Part shown: piece by piece, positions 58,701 to 64,000 of the stretch
How the letters are laid out: the number at the start of each line of letters is the position of its first letter
Numbering within the stretch: position 1 is the stretch's first letter
DNA from: Mobula birostris
Taxonomy: Eukaryota
NCBI RefSeq assembly: GCF_030028105.1
Contig: NC_092384.1
Coordinates: 65,971,548-66,035,547 of the forward strand
Length of the DNA: 64,000 bases
Direction: 5' to 3'
Position numbers and translations under genes: made by a program
The notes under the pieces: generated by a model
Database searches by the model: none
What the model was told of the DNA's origin: nothing
Seen by the model: the letters and a program-made list of their open reading frames with translations, nothing else

Positions 58701-61700
58701 TGGGTAGGTTTGCTAGTTCTGCTCCAGGGGGTTTAAACTAGATTTGCAGGGGGAGGGGAACCAGAGTGTTAGAGCAGATAGTGAGGTGGTGAGGGATAAA
58801 GGTCATGCGAGGACTGCATGTATAGACAGAAATCAAAGGTTTGTTCGTGATAGAAATGTTCTCAGGTGCATCTATTTCAATGCAAGGAGTATTGTAGGTA
58901 AGGCAGATGAGCTTTGGGCATGGATTGGCACGTGGGATTAAGTCATTATTGCTATTAGTGAGACTTGGTTGCAGAAGGGGCAGTACTGGCAGCTTAATGT
59001 TCCGGAGTTCCGTTGTTTCAGACATGACAGAGGGGAGGGATGAAAGGGGGAGGAGTGGTATTACTAGTCAGGGAAAATATCACAGCTGTACATAGGCAGG
59101 ACAGCCCGGAGGGCTTGTCTACAGAGGCCATATGGGTGGAGCTGAGGAATGGGAAAGGTGTGACCACACTAATAGAGTTGTATTATAGACCGCCCAATAG
59201 TCAGAGAGAATTAGAGGAGCAAATCTGTAGAGAGATAGCAGACCGATAGTAGAGTAAGAAACAGTAAGTTGTAATAGTAGGGGATTTTAACTTTCCACAT
59301 ACTGACTGGGACTCCCACACTGTGAAAGGGCTAGATGGCTTGGAGTTTGTCAAATGTGTTCAGGAAAGTTTTTAAAATCAATATATAGAGGTACGAACGA
59401 GAGAGGATGCAATATTTGATCTCCTATTAGGGAACCAGACAGGTCAAGTGACAGAAGTATGTGTAGGCAAACATTTTGGGTCCATAATGTCATTAGTTTC
59501 AAGTTAATTATGGATAAGGATAGGTCTGGTCCCCGAGTTGAGGTTCTAAATTGGAGAAGGGCCAATTTTGTGGAAATGAGAAAGGGTCGAGGAAGAGTGG
59601 ATTGGGATAAGTTGTTTTCTGGCAAGGATGTGTTCATTCAGTGGAAGGCCTTCAAAGGGGAAATTTTGAGAGTGCAGAGTTTACATGTTCCTGCCAGGAT
59701 TAAAGGCAAAGTCAACAGGCTTAGGGAACCTTGGTTTTCAAGGGATATTAGTGATCTGGTTCAGAAAAATGGAGAAGTGTATAGTAGGTAGAGGCAACAA
59801 GGAACGAATGAGATACGTGAAGAGTATAGAAAATGTAAGAAAATACTAAAGGAGGAAATCAGGAAGGCAAAAAGAAGACATGAGGTTGCTTTGGCAGATA
59901 ACGTGAAGGTAAACCCAAAGGGTTTCTACAGGTATATTATGAGTAAAAGGATAGTAGGGGACAAAATTGGTCCCCTAGAAGATCAGAGTGGTCGTCTATG
60001 TGTGGGGCCTCAGGAGATGGGGGAGATCTTAAGCAGTTTTTTTGCATCAGTATTTACTCAGGAAACTGGCATAGCATATATGGAAGGAAGGGAAACAAGC
60101 AATAGTGTCATGGAACATATAGAGATTAAAGAGGAGAAGGTGCTTTCTGCCTTACAGCGAATAAACGTAGCTAATTCCCCTGGGCCTGGCATGATATTTC
60201 TTTGGACCTTGAGAGAGACTACTGTTGAAATTGCAGGGGCTCTGGCAGAAATATTTAAAATGTTCTTAGCCACGGGTGCAGTGCTGGAGGATTGGAGGGT
60301 AGCTCATGTTTTTTCATTGTTTAAAAAAGGCTCCAAAAGTAAACCAGGTAATTACAGGCCAGTGAGCCTGACATCAGTAGTAGGTAAATTATTGGAAGGT
60401 GTTCTGAGAGATTGGATATACAAGTATTTGGACAGCCAAGGGCTGATTAAGGATAATCAGCATGGCTTTGTGCTTGGTAGATTGTGTTTAACGAATCTTG
60501 TAGAGTGATTCGAGGAGGTTACCAAGAAAGTAGATGAAGGAAAGGTTGTGGATGTTGCCTACATGGACTTTAGTAAGGCCTTTGACGAGGTCCCACATGG
60601 GAGGTTATTTCAGAAAGTTCAGACACTAGGTATCCATGGAGAGGTTGTAAACTGGATTTGAAATTGGCTGTGTGGGAGAAGACAGAGAGTAGTCGTGGAT
60701 GATTGCTTCTCAGACTGGAGGCCTGTAACTAGTGGTGTGCCTCAGGGATCTGTGCTGGGACCATTGTTGTTTGTTGTCTATATCAGTGATCTAGATAATG
60801 TGGTATATTGGATCAGCAAGTTTGCTGACGTCACTAAGATTGGAGGTGTTATGGACAGCGAGGAAGGCTTTCAAAGCTTGTGGGGGGATCTGGACCAACT
60901 GGAAAAATGGGCCAGAAAATGGCAGATGGATTCTGCATTAAAGTGTGAGGTGTTGCATTTTGGGAGGACAAATCAAGGTAGGATATACACAGTAAATGGT
61001 AGGGCACTGAGGAATGTGGAGGAACAAAGGGATCTGGGAGTTCAGTTACATAATTCCCTTAAAGTGGCGTCACAGGTAGACAGGGTTGTAAAGAAGGCTT
61101 TTGGCATCCTAACATTCATAAATCAAAGTATTGAGTATAGGAGTTGGGATGTTATGGTGAGGTTGTATAAGGCATTGGTGAGGCTAAATTTGGAGTATTG
61201 TGTGCAGTTCTGGTCACCCAGGATATCAGTAAGATTGAAAGAGTGCAGAGAAGATTTACTAGGTTGTTACCGGGTCTTCAGGAGTTGAGTTACAGGGAAA
61301 GATTGAACAGGTTAGGACTTTATTCCTTGGAGTGTAGAAGAATGAGGGGAGATTTGATAGAGGTTTACAAAATTATGAGGGGTATAGACAGAGTAAATGC
61401 GAGTAGGCTCTTTCCACTTAGATTCGGAGAGATAAATATGAGAGGAGGACATGGCTGTAGGGTGAAAGGGGAAAGGTTTAGGGGGAGCATTAGGTGGAAC
61501 TTCTTCACTCAGAGAGTGGTGGGAGTGTGGAATGAGCTGCCATCTGACGTGGTAAATGTGGGCTCACTCTTAAGTTTAAAGAATAAATTGGATAGATACA
61601 TGGATGGGAGAGGTCTGAAGGGTTATGGACTGAGTGCAGGTCAATGGGACTAGCAGAATAAAGTTTCAGCACAGACTAGAAGGGCCGAATAACCTGTTTT

Positions 61701-61933
61701 TGTGCTGTGGTGTTCTATGGTTCTCTTATGAACAGAGCCACAGCACCGCCTATGCCTTCCTGTCTGCCCATTTTGATACAAAGTATATCCTTTGATGTTA
61801 AGCTCCCAACTATGGCCTTCTTTCAGCTATGACTCAGTGATGCCCACAACATCATACCGACCAATCTCTAATAGCGCTGTGAGTTTGTCCACCTTATTCT
61901 GAATGCTACATGCATTTAAATACAGCACCTTCA
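55757..61933 (-). mobile_element. CR1 LINE (55757-58296 + 61728-61933) inserted in the Gypsy 5' LTR
   Basis: KFADDTKIGG and QHGFGKGRSCLTNLLEFFEE; the endonuclease region continues on the far side of the nested CR1. Confidence 0.85.
58297..61721 (+). mobile_element. Younger CR1 LINE (different subfamily): ORF1 esterase end + ORF2, nested in the previous CR1
   Basis: VSCLPGARV...VVVHVGTND, DGLHLN, YFNARSI, NYRPVSLTSVVGKLLE, SGVPQGSVLGPLLF; (TTCTATGG) tail; 6-bp TSD TCTCTT (58291-58296 / 61722-61727). Confidence 0.92.
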
Positions 61934-62089
61934 ATCCTTGTGCCCCACTCTGCAGCTCCTGCCAAAAGACCCCAAACCAGAGTACTGTCGTTCAGAACAC
62001 TCTTCCCCACAGCTCTCACATCAAACAATCCTGATTAGTTGACACACATTCCTAAGTTGGACAACATGGCTCCTTAAACAAAGAAGTAC

Positions 62090-63550
62090 TCAAATGGCAA
62101 AATAGTACGACCATGGACTACAAGGGAAGTGAAAGCTAAGGAGAGGGCATGCAACAAAGCAAAAAGTAGTGGGAAGATAAGGATTGGGATGCTTTTAAAA
62201 ACCTATAGAAAGCAACTAAAAGAATCATTAGGAGGGAAAAGACGAAAGATGACAGCAAGCTAGCAAACAATATCAAGGTGGATAGAGAGAATGGAATGGA
62301 TATAGGGCCTCTAGAAAATAAGACCGGGGGAATAATAATGGGGGACAAGCAGATGGTAGGTGAACTAAATGAGTATTTTCCATTAGTCCTCACTGTGGAA
62401 GACACTAGCAAAGTGCCAGGTGTTGAAGGGTATAGAGATTGTGAAGGCATTAGTACTGATCTTTCAAGAATCATTGGACTCGGGCATGGTTCCAGAGGAC
62501 TGGAAAATTGCAAATGTCACTCCAAGAAAGGAGAGAGGCTTTAGAAAGGAAATGATAGACCAGTAAGCCTGACCTCAGTGGTTGGGAAGATGTTGGAGTC
62601 ATTTGTTGAGGTTATGGAGTACTTGGTGACACAGGACTAGATAGGACAAAGTCAGCATGGTTTCCTCGAGGGAAAATTTTGTCTGACAAACCTGTTGGAA
62701 TTCTTTGAGGAGATTACAAGTAGGATAGATAAAAGGGATGCAATGGATGTTGTATACTTGGATTTTCAGAAGGCCTTTAACAAGGTGCCACACATGAGGC
62801 TGCTTACCAAGTTAAGAGCCCATGGTATTACAGGAAAGTTACTGGCATGGTTAGAGTATTGGCTGATTGGTAGGAGGCAGCTAGTGGGAATAAAAGGATC
62901 CTTTTCTGGTTGGCTGACAGTGACTAGTGGTGTTCCGCAGGGGTCACTGTGTACTTCTTTTTATGCTATATATCAGTGATTTAGATGATGGAATAGATGG
63001 CATCATCGCCAAGTTTGCAGATGATACGAAGATAGTTGGAGGGGCAGGTAGTGTTTAGGAAACAAGAAGGCTGCAGAAGGACTTGGACAGATTTGGGGAA
63101 TGGGCAAGAAAGTGGTAAATGAACTACAATTTTGGAAAATGCATGGTCATGCACTTTGGTAGAAGAAATAAATATGCAGACCATTACTAACTCGGTGTTG
63201 AAAGTAGAAGGTTAAAAAAAAAGTGGATACATGGCAGCCACTGCAAGCAAGCTAAAGTGGTACCAGACAAATGGGGAGAAAATTCAAAAATCTGAGATGC
63301 AAAGGGACTTGGGAGTCCTTGGGCAGAACTCGCTAAAGGTTAACTTGCAGGTTGAGTTGGTGGTGAGGAAGGCAAATGCAATGTTAGCATTCATTTCAGG
63401 AGATCTGAAATATAAGAGCAAGGATGTGATGCTGAGGCTTTATAAGGCACTGGTGAGGCCGCACCTTGAGTATTGGGAACAGTTTTGGGCTCCTTATCTA
63501 AGAAAAGATGCGCTGGCATTGGAGGTGGTTCAGAACATGTTCAGAAGGAA
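62090..63550 (+). mobile_element. Degenerate CR1 LINE fragment
   Basis: EFFEEITSRID...YLDFQKAFNKVPH, SGVPQGS, LYKALVRPHLEY. Confidence 0.88.
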
Positions 63551-63906
63551 GATTTCACCTTTTACCCTTAACCAATGACCTCTAGTTCTAGCTCACTCAA
63601 CCTCAGTGGAAAACACCTGCTTGCATTAACCCTATCTATGTCTGTGATGTTAAAATGGAAAGATTAGGATTCCATGGCTGAGCAGAAATAAGACTTAGCT
63701 TACTTTGAAATAAAGCACATTGGAGCAATAGTTAAATTCATCCTGACACGAATGAAAATGGAGATGTTTCAACTGAAGTATTGGATCTGAGCTTCTTGAT
63801 TACTCATGCAACATAGCAAAGAAATGACTATATTGTAGTTCATTAGGCTGCAATAACTAACAGTTGTGAGAAACAGCTAACATAATTTAAAGGTTTCATT
63901 TTCCAG

Positions 63907-64000
63907 GTGCATGGCTGGAGAACAAATAACCTCCGTTCGTCCATTCCTACTTTGAAAACAACAAAGAGACCAAGGAAAGAGGAGAGAAATGGCAACCACT
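63907..64000 (+). CDS. C16orf46: C16orf46-like protein, second coding exon (runs off the window)
   Basis: Acceptor TTTCATTTTCCAG|GTG. Phase-0 translation VHGWRTNNLRSSIPTLKTTKRPRKEERNGNH completes GGWDDA|VHGWR, matching human TGWEEA|VQGWGR. Confidence 0.75.
   Translation, partial: MHGWRTNNLRSSIPTLKTTKRPRKEERNGNH

Larger units (their letters stand above)
51881..62075 (-). mobile_element. Degenerate Gypsy LTR retrotransposon with PNMA-like gag; 3' LTR 51881-52673, 5' LTR ~55203-55756 + ~61934-62075 (split by CR1s)
   Basis: Two similar LTR copies; TG..CA ends of the 3' LTR; PPT TGGGGGGAGAA just before it; PBS TGTGGGAGCTCCGTCCTGGAT (55181-55201) resembling tRNA-Pro PBS; gag fragments YRRLGAFS...EYEAWAEQTSQ and RLVESLKG...QALEDAFG; zinc knuckle FCYNCGEDGH at ~53810-53845. 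Confidence 0.85.

Overview
Eukaryotic (vertebrate) genomic DNA. The repeat landscape (abundant CR1, V-SINEs, Rex1/Babar, Penelope-like elements) suggests a cartilaginous fish, but that is inference. Three host genes are recognisable: an intronless PPP1R3E/D-like glycogen-targeting PP1 subunit (-, 5261-6148), an intronless MPLKIP/TTDN1 (-, 28184-28798) and, head-to-head with it across a CpG island carrying an RFX X-box, a C16orf46 (DUF4529)-like gene (+) whose coding exons at 33910-34128 and 63907->64000 flank a ~29.8 kb intron of nested transposons. Mobile DNA includes CR1 LINEs, Rex1/Babar LINEs, Tc1 and Harbinger non-autonomous elements, a solo LTR, a Gypsy element with PNMA-like gag and tRNA-Pro PBS, and Penelope-like (RT + GIY-YIG) elements. 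The most notable signal is a minimal type I hammerhead ribozyme motif in the Penelope pseudo-LTRs; intact copies lie at 10303 and 46274, the latter in a ~1.3 kb palindromic insertion with a TSD. Homology calls come from recalled protein motifs, not database searches; element boundaries without a TSD or TIR are approximate.
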